Assembly (NCBI RefSeq): GCF_964204645.1
Contig: NC_134028.1
Span: 4,588,001-4,652,000 of the forward strand
DNA length: 64,000 nucleotides
Source of the DNA: Tubulanus polymorphus
Lineage: Eukaryota; Animalia; Nemertea
Direction of reading: 5' to 3'
In this document: positions 1-12,688 of the stretch, piece by piece
Numbering within the stretch: the first letter of the stretch is position 1
Layout: each line of letters opens with the position of its first letter
Notes under the pieces: model-generated
Database searches by the model: none
What the model was told of the DNA's origin: nothing
The model's input: only the letters and a program-made list of their open reading frames with translations
Position numbers and translations under genes: made by a program

Positions 1-473
1 AACTACACTACTTCAGCCTTTCGTGCAGCCTACCGGCTTGTTGGTTCCCTCATATCAAAATTGTACTTATAACGTATAATATTGCATGTAGACAGTGGTC
101 TATGCGGCGTCCCGGGTTCGAATCCTTGGTGATGAAATTTCTAAGGGTTGACTATTTTCAAATCGATACAAAATATGAGTTTAACTCTTTCGTGAGCGCT
201 GCGTACATTTTGTACGACAAAATGTTGTATCTTTACTGTACGTATAAAGTCTTGCCTCAAGGATGATGACTTAATTGACGAAAACGTCCCTTATGTTATT
301 ACAACTAGAACTGCACTTAAAGATGCCTGGCTACCGGCCAGCTCTCTTCACTTACAAATATCAAATAGTAACGTACATGTGAAGAGTTATGAAATATTAA
401 TAGTTCATAATGAGTCTCGTATTTCTAGTTATTGGATTACGAGTGTTATATTCACTACACATGCAGTATATAC

Positions 474-2032
474 CTTACTGAAATCATACGTAGGTATTTT
501 ATCTTGAAGTTCGGCTCCCCAGAATTTATGTTTTTGGCCATAAACTTCGTTTCTTTTTCTTCTAGCGGCGTCGGTGAAAGCTCTTTCGTGCAGCCATTCA
601 CTAGGATACGGACTTTCGTGACCGTCGGGCCAGGTCACCTTCAAACTGCCATCATCTATCACCTGCAATTAAACAATTTTGACATCAGGGCGGATCTAGG
701 AAAATTAGAAGGGGTCCAGAAGAAAAGGCACTTCTCGTATAGCAGCCATGTCAATTGCCACCGGCGGGTTCCATCTATCTAGGGTTAGGTATCATTGAAG
801 AAATAAACCCGAAGAGATCCTATTTCAAAGAGGATGAGGTGACAAATTTATGGGATGGTAAGGGTCCAGACTCCCGAGAACACCCCCATAATCTGCCCCT
901 GGAACCATGACACTGTGTAGCTGAATCTGTAGGTTAGGGTTTAGTTTTAGTTTTAGTCGCTTACCCCCGACGATTTGGTGAGAAACTATGCTTTCACGGG
1001 AGGTTGAAGCATCTTAGGTAATTTCTCTGTAATGTCTTGTATTATGGTAACATGCCTTGTTTTCGGGTATGACTGGTTTTTCTCACGATTTTGGTACATA
1101 CACTAATCACATACGCAAACACGCGTAATTATCATTTTGAAGGTTTCAGTTAATACGTGTGATTTTCCCCTACTAAATACATGCATAATTATATTGCCTA
1201 AGTGCGTAGTTTAGCTGATCATGTGCGAGGTCGCGATAAAATAAGGTAATAGTACATAATGATAACACAATCAACGACGATATAATATATAATATAATAC
1301 TATGCATCCGATAAACTCGGTATATGCATGGAAAATCACCACACAAGATTGTTCAGATTTCCTTATGAGCGATTTTCCATTTCTCTGTCGAACACAGAAC
1401 GATTCTCGACTCGACTCCAGCCAAGCCCTGGAGGCAGTTGTGGGCTTCCTTGATACACAAAATATTCAAGTGGTCACCTTTCTTCCTATCGTTTCTTATG
1501 TTAGTACATATTGACAAATCAGTCGATATATCTAAACTTATTTGTGCCTCTCATCCCTATGTATGTGATTGCTACAGTCTCTTCTTACCTGGACTTGTTT
1601 CGGTTCGATTTTCGGATCGAGATCCATCATCAGAACCTGTCTGGATTTCGTCGTCGGATGAAAACATTTCGAACATTGACAGTTATCTCTGAGCCATACG
1701 TACGGGTAACTTGTCACTGAATCATCATTCCACGTCACATCCACCCATCTCTTACCGACGTTCTTCTGCACGTCAGTTGCCCGTAACGGTTCAGCAGCGA
1801 GCTCCGGGTCATTCCTGGCTCGTGAATGCGTCAGACGCAATGATCCTCTCGGTTTCACTTCAGTTGATGATCGTAGAAAACCGTTTACGCAGCCAAGCGC
1901 TCGCGAACTGAGGGACGCAGGTTTCGCAGAACAGAAAGCCCGACTATGAAGCAGGGTGGGCCTCTCATAGCGGCAAATATTTGAACAAACACGAAATAGT
2001 AATTTCCGCGCAAAGAAATGCGAAGTACTCAT
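474..2032 (-). CDS. BBOX1: Gamma-butyrobetaine dioxygenase-like gene, 5' exons (continues off the left edge of the window)
   Basis: Exon ~1589-2032 encodes VDVTWNDDSVTSYPYVWLRDNCQCSKCFHPTTKSR, the GBBH N-terminal Zn-binding motif WLRDNCxCxxC. Exon ~474-663 encodes DGSLKVTWPDGHESPYPSEWLHERAF. GT-AG boundaries are visible. Orthology versus paralogy is not established. Confidence 0.8.
686..901. mobile_element. Small MITE with hAT-like termini, intronic
   Basis: Starts CAGGGCGGATCT and ends ATAATCTGCCCCTG (imperfect terminal inverted repeats); no coding capacity. Confidence 0.45.
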
Positions 2033-2359
2033 TTTTTAACGTATGCAATGACTCCTGTGCACCTGAGAGTCACGATTACGTCTTATCAATGTAGTTTTAT
2101 ATGTATGCACCAAACGCCGCTCGCAACCGAGTTTTCGAGACGGTGAACTCATAGAAACGAATGAAAAACTGAAATACCTATAAGAGCAGAGATATTGACT
2201 CTTACAGTGTATGCATGTGCGTTGTTTTTATTCTGGAACTGCTACGATTATAACGCACGATATAGGCGGCTCTCTTCTCTACTGCGCAAATGGGAAATCG
2301 TTGTTCATAGCAATCCACGCGATTCCACGTCCCGGGAAACCATTCGCTATTCATTTAAC

Positions 2360-2809
2360 TACTGTCGAACCTGGTTAGTACAGCTGTCCGTAGAAAAATG
2401 AAAAGTCATCGTACTAACCGACTTTCGTATATCAACCATTCAATAAAACCAATTTACGTAGTACCTTAACATAATAACATAACAGAAAACCCATAAGGAA
2501 GTTAATTTGGGTGTTGTCAGCACCACCACACAATAGATAGCTCTGACGACGCATAAATATTGCGGACGGGTTTAAAACTTTAAAAAAGTGGGAACTCATT
2601 AATTATGGACCATCGTACTACAAGCGAGTTTGTTTACTACAGAAATGAATGGGAGCTCGTAAATTTACATCGTACCGGGAATTTCGTACTGACGTGATCG
2701 TACTAAGCAAATATCTTTATCGGAAAATGTTATACGGCTAGCCGAGAATTCTTAAATTCAACGTATTACTGAGGTTTTCGTTGGAGCGCTAAAACGAAGT
2801 TCGACTGTA
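2360..2809. mobile_element. Tc1/mariner-like MITE
   Basis: TA-CTGTCGAAC ... GTTCGACTG-TA ends (one mismatch) with TA at both flanks, and internal repeated TCGTACTA motifs. Confidence 0.5.
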
Positions 2810-4616
2810 TGATCATCAAGGCTACTTTAGTTATCAAACAAAAGAGGCAATCAACGAAATGGAGGCAAAAATGATCAAATAATCACACTTAGAGATTAAT
2901 TTGAATTCACTCAATTAGGCTGAAGACGGTGGTAGTAGAACTTCAATTACCACGCGTACGCCTCACCCGAGTGAATTCAAATGAGTGAATTGAAAATCAA
3001 TGTAGAATTTTTGAAATTATCAAAATGAAACTTTTGGTCGGCTCTGCTGATTCTTCAGGATGCAACGTGAAAGAGCGACGTCATTCCGAGATGCGTGGTA
3101 GCGACGGGGCTGAAAGTGAGTGAATTGATCTTACACCGCGTGGGGCATAAATATGAATGATTAATGAATGAAAAAAATAATTCAATAAATAGCATTTCGT
3201 ATTCATCTAAGGCAAGTCGCATTCCAGACAGTTATTATGTTTGCGGTGGCAACGGCTCCGTAATAGGGCTACAGTTCCGACGCGCTGTTTCATTGCACCC
3301 ACTTTACCGCAAATTGTGTGCTATTTAACGACAAATTCTAACCCAAAAGTGTGAATAAATACAACCTGTTCCAATTACAGAGATGGAAAAAAATCGGGTG
3401 TTTATTTTTTTTTCATCTTTTCTTAGTGTTTCTCGCGTTTAATCATGTTGGTTTTATTGAATCATAGCGATGCTAGTGGTGCTAATACATGGGCTTGAGT
3501 GGAATCTGTTGATAGGTCGCAGGGGTGGATCGCCCTCTCCCCTCTTTCATTTGAGAATCAAATTAAGCAATAATGATTTTTCAAATTTTTATGAAACGCT
3601 TTCAGCTAAAACTGTTGTATTTCAATTCTTGGTTATATCATATAAACACTGAACTCCGGTGATGAAATTACGACAAAAAATATTACAATACGAATTGAAG
3701 ATATTTAGGAGGAATCATTTTTTCAATTCACTTTTTTCTAAATTCCAATAACAGTTAGTTGTAATTATTCAACAGGTATATAATAGTCACTAAATTGACA
3801 GGTTACTCGGGCATTTGCTCGGCCGAGCATAATGAGGACTCTACGTTCGACTGTGGCAATAGAGGGTTCCACTTGTGGCAAGCGAGGATGCAGCGAGGAT
3901 CCACCACGTTCGCTAGTGTGCACTCAGACATCAACCTCTGGATTCTTCTCATATTCGATTAAAGTCTATCCATAATTTCTCAAATTCTTTGAATGTGATC
4001 AGTAAAAACCACCTTAAATATGAACCTTCAGATCATCTGAGTTTATCAAAATAAGTGATTTGCCTAATTTCTGACGAGGGAGGTTAAAAATCTAGATGAA
4101 AGTTCATTGAAAATGAACTAGATTTTGACGGGGTTGTCGCACTGTTACACACGCCATCTAGCGGGATAGCTGGTGGCACGAAGTCCTCATTGGAGAAGGT
4201 CGAAGGAGATATGGTCGGCCGAGTGAGGGGTTGAATTCACCCGTCCACTCGGCCGAGCTAACAGTATAGTACTTTTACTCGGCAATCATTCAACCTCGCT
4301 TAAAGTTCAGAAGGTCAATACAAACATTTTCATAGAATCGAGTCTCATTTTTAATCCGAGGTTTTCATGGGGCATATTGTTTCTTGCGCCCTTCCACGTG
4401 ACTACGCCATTATAGTTGACAAACACAATAACTGATTCACATAACACACAACAAGTTTGTAAATCCCCTCATTATATCTTTTTTTATGCATGGCACGTCA
4501 GCGGCACTGATGATCGGTAAAAAAACTACAAATACCGCTACAAGACTCCACAGGGAGGACCTCTGCTCAATAACACATTGTTCCAAATATCATTGTCCTA
4601 TATATCATACGCATTG

Positions 4617-4662
4617 AGAACCTGACGATGATCTCTAGTGTGAGATCGAAACGTCGTGTTCT
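4617..4662 (+). ncRNA. Minimal type I hammerhead ribozyme motif
   Basis: AGAAC-CTGACGA-T-GATCTC(tagtgt)GAGATC-GAAA-CGTC-gt-GTTCT: core boxes CUGANGA and GAAA, 6-bp stem II, AGAAC/GTTCT stem I, palindromic ACGT in place of stem III. Confidence 0.75.
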
Positions 4663-4777
4663 TATATTTTAGATTGTTTCAATAAATAAATTCTCGATTT
4701 TAGATTTCTATTAATTTGTAAATAGTGGGTTTTCATCGTATCATCTGTTCACCACGTTTGAGTGTGGTTATAGTACC
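4617..4777 (+). mobile_element. 161-bp hammerhead-containing retroelement (solo Penelope pLTR / retrozyme-like) with a 13-bp TSD
   Basis: Direct repeat ATCATACGCATTG at 4604-4616 and 4778-4790; hammerhead core at the 5' end; AATAAA near 4681. Confidence 0.7.
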
Positions 4778-4907
4778 ATCATACGCATTGTTCACATGCG
4801 TCACAACGACCGTCAAAAGTGACTAGCCGCCAACCATTGACAGCCCGTATGACGTCATGCGCACAACCTATATAAACATGTCTCTAACAAACTATAGCTA
4901 TCATTCT

Positions 4908-4960
4908 GTTCTACCATGGACTCTAGAACGAGCGTTCGTTTCAAGAGTCCATGGTTCTAC
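4908..4960. repeat. 39-bp hairpin flanked by a 7-bp direct repeat (micro-MITE-like)
   Basis: GTTCTAC-[CATGGACTCT...AGAGTCCATG]-GTTCTAC. Confidence 0.5.
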
Positions 4961-5525
4961 TTAAATACGTGATTACAAATATATCGATTATAACAAATAT
5001 TCATTTCTAAAAAAAAGCACCGTGCATGATGATGTAATGGGTTTCATTCGGTTCATTCGTACTCGGAACTGAATCAGAATACTCATCCGATTTAAATCTC
5101 TTGAGATCAAGTTGAAATAAACATCAATTTATCAACTCTGAAAGGTTTTAGATGTTGTAACATCATATAAAGCAACAAACTACAAAATCAACTGTCATAT
5201 CATATTTCTAAGTAACTGCATTTCATAAATAATATTAAATATCACGTAATATCAAATAACTAACTCCACACACTTAAAAAGGTGAAACGGAACAGGATCC
5301 AGTTGCACAAAGAAAATCAGACTCTCTAGCGTTGAAACATTGAAATGAACTGATTTGAGCACGAAGAGTCTAACTAACATGCAGAACTGGATCCTGAACT
5401 GTGGAACTGTATCCACAACTCAATAAACAATTCCATTGCACACTTAAAGTGAAATTGAACAACGACTACGAATGGCTTAAAACTATGGCTCGGTGGGAGA
5501 CGCTACAAAAATAAATGTAGAATAA

Positions 5526-8500
5526 TCAGGATGTATTTTTACGTCGTTTGGATAGTGATGCCCTGTAATACACCGAGTCCCCAAGTCGACCCATGTACGA
5601 CGTCCAAGGCTGTTGATCATACGGTAAAAATGTCACATGTGAAATATTCATTTCATTCAAACTGCGATCGCCTGAATTCAGTACAGTCGTTTCATTGAGA
5701 AACACAAACTGAGGTTCCCTCAGTAATTCCTCCAGGTTCAGTTTCACGATCTTTAATTCGTAACGCATTTTCACGTAACTTCCTTGAGCATCGCGCAATT
5801 GACCATTCATTCCAAATATCACGATTAGGTCGAGTTTTCCATCACCATCAACATCTCCTATAGCACCTATAACATACCAGTACATACAAATATATACACA
5901 ATGAATCCCACTATGAGAATAAAATAGAGTCCAAACAAGTTTTCTTGAGCTAGTAGCCCTAGTTTGTATCATATCTTTTACTTTTCATTGTTATGGACTG
6001 TAGATAACGCAATATTGGGAATTCAGTATATCAGAAGATGTCTTAAAACACAAGTTACCGGTGGTTCGTTCCTCTGGTTTCAGGACAGCACAAAACGGTC
6101 CGTAGTTAAAGTTTTGAGCAGTTAAAGCCGGATTCAGATTTTCACCATTGAAACGAATTTCCTCATCCACCAGTGACATTCTGTCAGAATCAGTCAAATC
6201 TGTGAATATTAATAGTAAACATCAAATGAAAATCGTTCGGGCTTAAATCAGTATGAAAATGATATTCTACAAATGGCCTAATATTAGATCAAACTTCAGC
6301 ACTCAGTAATCAGTATTGAATTGTCGAACTGGGTTAATAAAACCTGCATCTAAGTTTGACTGTTTACTTACTGTAGTAAATTTTCTCAGCTGGCATTTCA
6401 AATACTTTCACCGGATTCAACTGAGTTGTTCTATCGAAGATGAAAACTTCAGAATAGAAAGATCTTAAACTGAGATCACATTCTTGCACTTCGTCCTCAA
6501 CATCTCCAGCATCGACTTCAATATCATCTCCATCTGAATGAATTGATATAAACGGAATAACAACAGACTGATGATAAGTGGAAATTCAACCTTTATTTAT
6601 AAGTTAGAATTCTGTATCCAATTCCACTTTGCGCATTCAATTTGATTTACGTACAAAGAATAAAGAACGGATTAAAAATCTTCGTTTATTGAGGGATGAT
6701 TAAAAAAATTCCACTATGAATCCCTAAAATAGCGAAAAAGGGTTTAGCTTACCATCATCCGTAGTACCATCAGCACCATCGGGAGACAGTTCATCAGTAT
6801 CTTCATGATTACTATTCCTGTCAATTTCAGCAGTTCTTTTATGAATCTGTATCGAAACATCATCAAATTCAGCTACACAAACTTTAGGGGTCAAAGAATT
6901 GAATATTTGGAACTGGAACTTACAACTCTCTGCGGATGAATTCCATGAACGACACCGGTTTCTTCGATTATCCACTCCTCGCGTCCTTGAGTCCGGAATA
7001 CGAACAAATCGCGTTTCGGCAAGGTCGTGCGGAGAATGAGATCGGAACTCATTTCGTACTGAGAAGAATTCATCATCCAAATTGCACGACCGTCGAAGCC
7101 ATCTATAATCATAGATGAGGAATATTGATATTTCGGCCACTTTCCCGGACTCCAGTGGACCATAAAATCAATAACATCATCATCAGAGAAATAGCCAGGA
7201 GCAGGAGAACTATAGAGATATAAATACATGGAAAAATATACTTAAAACACACATATTTCATACTAAGATGGCCATGTTGGATCACACTCAATATGGCCGT
7301 CATAAAATACACAGTTTTTTCACATACCTGTAAGACTCGTGACCCGGAAACTTTTTCATCCACATGATTTTCAAATCTCTTCCATTATAGAGTGCGAGAG
7401 TACCGTCATACGCCGACATCAGAATATCATCACAACCATCACTGTTCATATCTATTACAACTGGACTGACCATTACTCCTTTCGTTTCACTCCTTAAAAC
7501 ACATACATTCAAACCTGTTTATTCATAACTGAAGTGCTAAATCAAACGCTTTAGAGGATATTCACATCCCAGCATGTCATATTGGACATCAAGCACCGGC
7601 TAACAGGAGTTTAAGGACAGCCATTTGATGGAAATATGAGCAATACATGTTACATTCATGTATAGCCTCTATTAGGGGTCTTTGCATTTGTTAACATTAC
7701 ACCGTCGTTATCAACACCATGAGTGAATTCTCGATATTTCAGTATTTCATAACAACTGCAGCTGTCCTACAAGTTAATGAATCCATCTCAGATTTCCATG
7801 TCTTTCTACTTACCTATAAATTTCGATGATTCCTATATGATTCATTGGTTTATGATTCCAGGTATGGTACGCACCATGCGTACCATTCACAGTTTCATTG
7901 CGTTGTAAGTTCATTGCATAACGATAGAAATCTGGTACTGATATACCCATAAAACTACCTACAAATTTAAAATACATTTTTTTACTAACATATTCTATTC
8001 TATGATACGTTTAGTACTTTGTTGACATTTTAGCCAGAGGTAAGTTATAATATGCCATATAAAGCAAACAAGAAATTGTTGAGTCAAACATCATCTTAAT
8101 ATGCCTATATGAGTTAGACTAACTGGGCCATCGCAATAACAAGATTTCATCCTTTAAAAATAAGAATCTAGTTGCACAGTTGTTGATTAAGAAAGATTTG
8201 ACACTATTAAGTTTGAAATATTGGAAATAAACTAATCTTAGCTCTAGAATCAAATCTAACCAACAGCCGTGGAATTGAGACTAATAGATAATCATCACAT
8301 ACCGGATATAGTTTCACCTCCACTTCCAAATAATATATACTCAGATTGATCAGGATGAGTGAATAGAATAGGTGACATGTAAGTCTCACGACTTCCCGGC
8401 ATCTCTAGATATCTCCCAACAGGTCGACCATGAGCCCCATCTAACATTAACAACCGACCTGCGGTTCTATTATGTTCCTAGTACAGAAATATGATTCAGA

Positions 8501-10871
8501 GAGTCAGAAGAAGTTTCAATGAATAGCAAGAATTCAGGAATTGGAAAAGGTCCTAGCTACCTCAGGCGGAAGCCTAGGTTCCCCACCATGTGGTATAATG
8601 ATTTCTGGAACTCCATCCTCAGTGAAATCTTGCCTCAAAACTAAAGGGTTGTAAACATTCCACTGCATATTGACGATCTGAGGATTAATTCTCCAATAAA
8701 CAGAACCTAAAAACCGAAGATTGGCAATCTGTAAATGGCTACCTTTCCTCTAGTGACATCATCATCAGCATACAAACCGTTATATGGATTGAATGCCACG
8801 AATGTACCCAGACGACCAGCGCCGAGACAATCGAAGCGGCCATCTTTGTTGATATCGATGTTACAATTAATTTCGAATACTTCGTTATTCGTGTAAAAAC
8901 TCCATAAAATTTTGCTATCATTTCCTCTTAAAGCTAACAAGGTTCCTAAACAAGGCGGTTCCATTCCTGAAAGAGGTAAAATGATGAACTACTCTCGAAT
9001 GTACAATAATTTCAGGACTGATGATATAGTATTCATTAGAGGAGGATCCCAGGAGGTTTTCAAGGTTTCGGAAAAATGCAAGCTAATAAAGCTTATGGCT
9101 TTATCAATTATTCGACTCTCTAAAGTGCACAAGTACCTCGTTTATGACAGGTTTCATTGATAAGATCAGGTGTCAGTTCTCCTGTAACGTCTACTCCCGA
9201 TGCTAAACCCAGGATTACATCTAAAGCACCATCTTCATCAACATCAAACAACCGTATACAAGATTCTGTATCTACAATACACAGTTTGATATCTTTGATC
9301 ACCTTAAAATGTCACCGGTGAGTAGTAAATTTAGAATAGAAATAAAGTGAATTTTGTTGAAATGAGGTTCCAATGTAAATGCGTGATATTTAGCACAGTA
9401 GAGTTTGCATATGGATGCTGTTTTCTTCTATTACAAAAGAGCTGCAAGTGATTTAAGATGCACTTTTCAGATCTGTGGGAACTACATTTAGAGGTTATGT
9501 ACCAGTAACTTAACACATTAAGTAGAAACAAAATGATTCACACACAGCTAAAAGAACATTTCCAAACACAAGGAAAGGTTTTAGTTTTCATAGTTGATGC
9601 TCTACAAGTAGTTTATGAGAAATTAAGCAACCACAACTTCTAATATATCCAACACTTTCAACCAATTCCATGTTTCTCAATGTTGAATCATTTCACTGCC
9701 ACAGCTTCTTTTGAACAGTGAACGACAACATCAGAGAAATGAAATGAATTTTTTTGCGAGATGAAAGGTGAAATAAGGTCTACATGCTATGAAATTAGAC
9801 ATCAAGAATGTGCATTAAACTATTCTATCAGTGTTAGAGGACAGCGAGTCAGACAATCTTACCTCTTAAATTACTTTCTGAGACTTAGAAATTGAAGAAC
9901 AAAAAGCATAGCTTTATCATATGTTTATAAGTGGATAAAGCTTTGATGATAAACTGACTATTGGAAGAGTACATACCTGTGTGATTGAAATATTTAGTCC
10001 ATGGAGCTGTGCGACGAGACCTTCCAGTAGAATTCAATAGAGTTGAATTATTTTCAGCAGTAAAAAGTTTACCAGTAGGAGAGGATTGGTTACCAGTAGA
10101 AGTAGAGGATGGTTTACCAGTAGAATTAGAGGATGGTCTACCAGTAGAAGTAGAGGATGGTTTACCAGAAGAAGTAGATGGTTTACCAGTAGAAGTAGAT
10201 GGTTTACTAGTAGAATTAGAGGATGGTTTACCAGTAGAAGAAGAAGATGGTTTACTAGTGGAAATAGAGGATATGATTGGAGCAGCGATAGAATTCACAA
10301 TAGATGTAGAGGTAATGTCTTTCGAGTGGTCAGTAAAAAGTTCTTGAGAATCAGTAGTAGGTTTGTTAGCAGATATTTCACCATGATTGCGCGAAGTTGT
10401 CGACACCGGAGTGGTATCCAGGTTGTGCGATTGTTGCGTTACTAAGGAAGTATAAACATCCGTTGTAATGTTGAAACGTGACAGCAACAATGGAGTTGTA
10501 GAACGTGACGGTATCGAATAGAGAATAACACCGGTAAAAACTGCTCCGACGATTAAAACTAACGCGAAGACCGTTCTCTTAAAACATGTGCTACATGTTG
10601 CTGAACATGCGTCACATGTTCGTTTTGGCATCGGCCGTCTTAGATCTAAATCCTCAACATCTTTACTCAAGTTTTGCATGCTAATATTCTCAAACACAGA
10701 ACCATCGTTAATATCAATTTTAGTAAATCCGTTGTTTCGCCTCGAAGACGACTTCTTCGATTTGATTTTCGGTTTAACGTAAAGAAGGTTTTCATTGTCA
10801 TCTCCATCGCTTTTTTCATCATCATCATCACTATCTTCACTCAACTGATCTAATTTCGAATATCGAGCCAT
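5526..10871 (-). CDS. FAM234-family (FAM234B-like) type II membrane protein with FG-GAP-like beta-propeller repeats; multi-exon
   Basis: Acidic cytoplasmic N-terminus (MARYSKLDQLSEDSDDDDE), TM helix (VFALVLIVGAVFTGVILY) and Ser/Thr stalk. Later exons carry repeated DxDxDGxxD motifs (DVDEDGALDVI, DINKDGRFDC, DFTEDGVPEI, DMNSDGCDDI, DVDGDGKLDLI). C-terminus ...QPWTSYMGRLGDS. Confidence 0.75.
10060..10265 (-). repeat. Coding minisatellite encoding SSTSTGKP-like mucin-type repeats
   Basis: Repeated GGTTTACCAGTAGAAGTAGAGGAT-like units inside the FAM234 exon. Confidence 0.85.
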
Positions 10872-12246
10872 TCTCGTCTGGAAGAAAACACAACAAACAC
10901 CTAATTCAAATACAAACATGGTACAACTCTAATCATTGTTGAAAATAAATTCAAATTCCTTTTCCTATATCCAATCACAACAAATAAACAACTATTTCAC
11001 TACAGCAGACTACATTCTTGCCATGGAGCTGACTGCTTAGGATCCATCTTCACTCGGACTGCCTCGGAATTAACATACTGCCTTATAGAAAATTGATTGG
11101 TCCCATGAGATTGGTAGCATGTGCAGTCTACTGTAATACAGAAGTGTTTAGTTACAGGGAGGCCAGCAGTTCTCCGTTAGAGTACTATCCCAGAACCTTG
11201 TTGTCTGTTACTACCACAACCTTATACGTCCTACCTTCATACCCGCATCCTATCCCAAACCCTTATCCTTACTACAGCGATATTTACCTGGTCTCTAATG
11301 ATAACTTACAAGATGGACTGTGTTTGAGGTAATGAGAGCAAAGACAGCTGTATGCCTATATTAGTTATTATCTATCACGTACACTAAACATTAGACATCT
11401 GATTTCATTCCCACAATGATAATTCTGCCCTACACCGTGAAATAGAGAATTCTGCAGCCTATTTGTTTTTAACCTACTCTTTGATCTTTTTGATATCATA
11501 AAGTCTTTGAGGGTCAACTTGACCCTAAGGAGCCTTTGCATCAGGCAAGGATACCGGTCAAGGAAGTTAACATTATGCTTTCTATGTCATAATGACGTCA
11601 ATTGGATTCAATACAGTCCGGTTCAATACAATAACCATAGTGAAACTATTTGAATATTAACCATTTTCCTTTGAATGCAAAATATTGAGAAATTTAATAC
11701 ATGTAAAACATGAAAATACATTAGAGAAATGAATTTAGGATTCACCCAGTCCTGTATTGTGGATGTCTCCACAGTGATCTCCATCGCTCTATGATCCTAG
11801 CGTACCCACCCACCCAGACACGTTCATTCAAATTCGCGTGACTTTTGCCGACACAACTACTGTCCGCATTTTTGCCTGTGTTCAAACTGCCATATATCAG
11901 CAAATAAACAACCGATTTTGATAAATAAACTATCTACACTAGGCCTAAGCTTATGACGTCTTACGTTTGTTCATTATATCATTTTGACGATAAATCTGGT
12001 TTTGGTACAATTAAATTTAAGATACAAAAATGATGCGCTTTTTAGCGATGAGACACGCTCAAGTGTCTTGTTGTTAACGAACTACAGTGTTACAATGCCT
12101 AGTTTCAAAGTGAAAAAATGGTGTCAATTTTGCTATTTCTGTATTTATATTGCATCAAGCATGGACTATGATGAAGGTACCTCCGAATGAATATAATAAT
12201 AAGAAAACTGAATGTTTGAGGTTTGTAAAGAGAGTTTATTTTTCGA

Positions 12247-12688
12247 AGTGGATATTTAACCGTATACAGCAAAGTATTTACTTCCACTATTTTATAAAAG
12301 TTACAATGAAATCATTATATTGGGTTTAGGGTTAGGTTTGGATAGGGTTAGTGTCGAGAGGGTGAGAAGAGGGTCGAGAGGGTTCCGTTTTACCCCTAGG
12401 GATAGGATTAGGGTAAGGTGAGGTATTAAGATAGTTAAAACATTCAGTCAGTTTTCAGCGAGCTTGGTGGTCTAGTGGTATGACGCTGTGCTAGCAATTT
12501 ACTGGTCCGGGTTCGAGTCTTGCTCTATTTTCTCTAGGCCCTAACTCTGTTATCTCCACACTTTCCTTGAATTTTCTAAGTCGCGCACCTCTGTGCGCAT
12601 GCGCGACGTAAATCAGCCAATCAGCGACGATGTACGGTAAAATAGCGGAAATAAATACTCAGCCGTATACGGTAAAAAATATCCACTG
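12247..12688. mobile_element. Non-autonomous TIR element (~50-bp imperfect TIRs) containing a tRNA-like Pol III promoter
   Basis: AGTGGATATTTAACCGTATACAGCAAAGTATTTACTTCCACTATTTTA at left is the inverse of TAAAATAGCGGAAATAAATACTCAGCCGTATACGGTAAAAAATATCCACTG at right. Internally TGGTCTAGTGG (A box) and GGTTCGAGTC (B box) lie at ~12470-12520, with GGTTAG-type repeats. Confidence 0.6.

Noticed and set aside
255-295. Fourth hammerhead motif (AAGGATGATGAC...GACGAAAACGTCCCTT)
   Set aside because: It lacks the conserved C of CUGANGA and stem II is disrupted; at best a decayed copy.
9985-10445. Plus-strand ORFs with VEVEDGLP or SRSRGWFT repeats
   Set aside because: Antisense shadows of the Ser/Thr coding repeat in the FAM234 exon.
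12320-12425. Interstitial telomere (TTAGGG-like; also at ~780 and ~931)
   Set aside because: Short and degenerate, and in at least two cases embedded in TIR elements; not a telomeric array.
12459-12525. tRNA gene
   Set aside because: A and B boxes are present, but there is no convincing acceptor-stem or anticodon-arm pairing; treated as a tRNA-derived fragment within a repeat.
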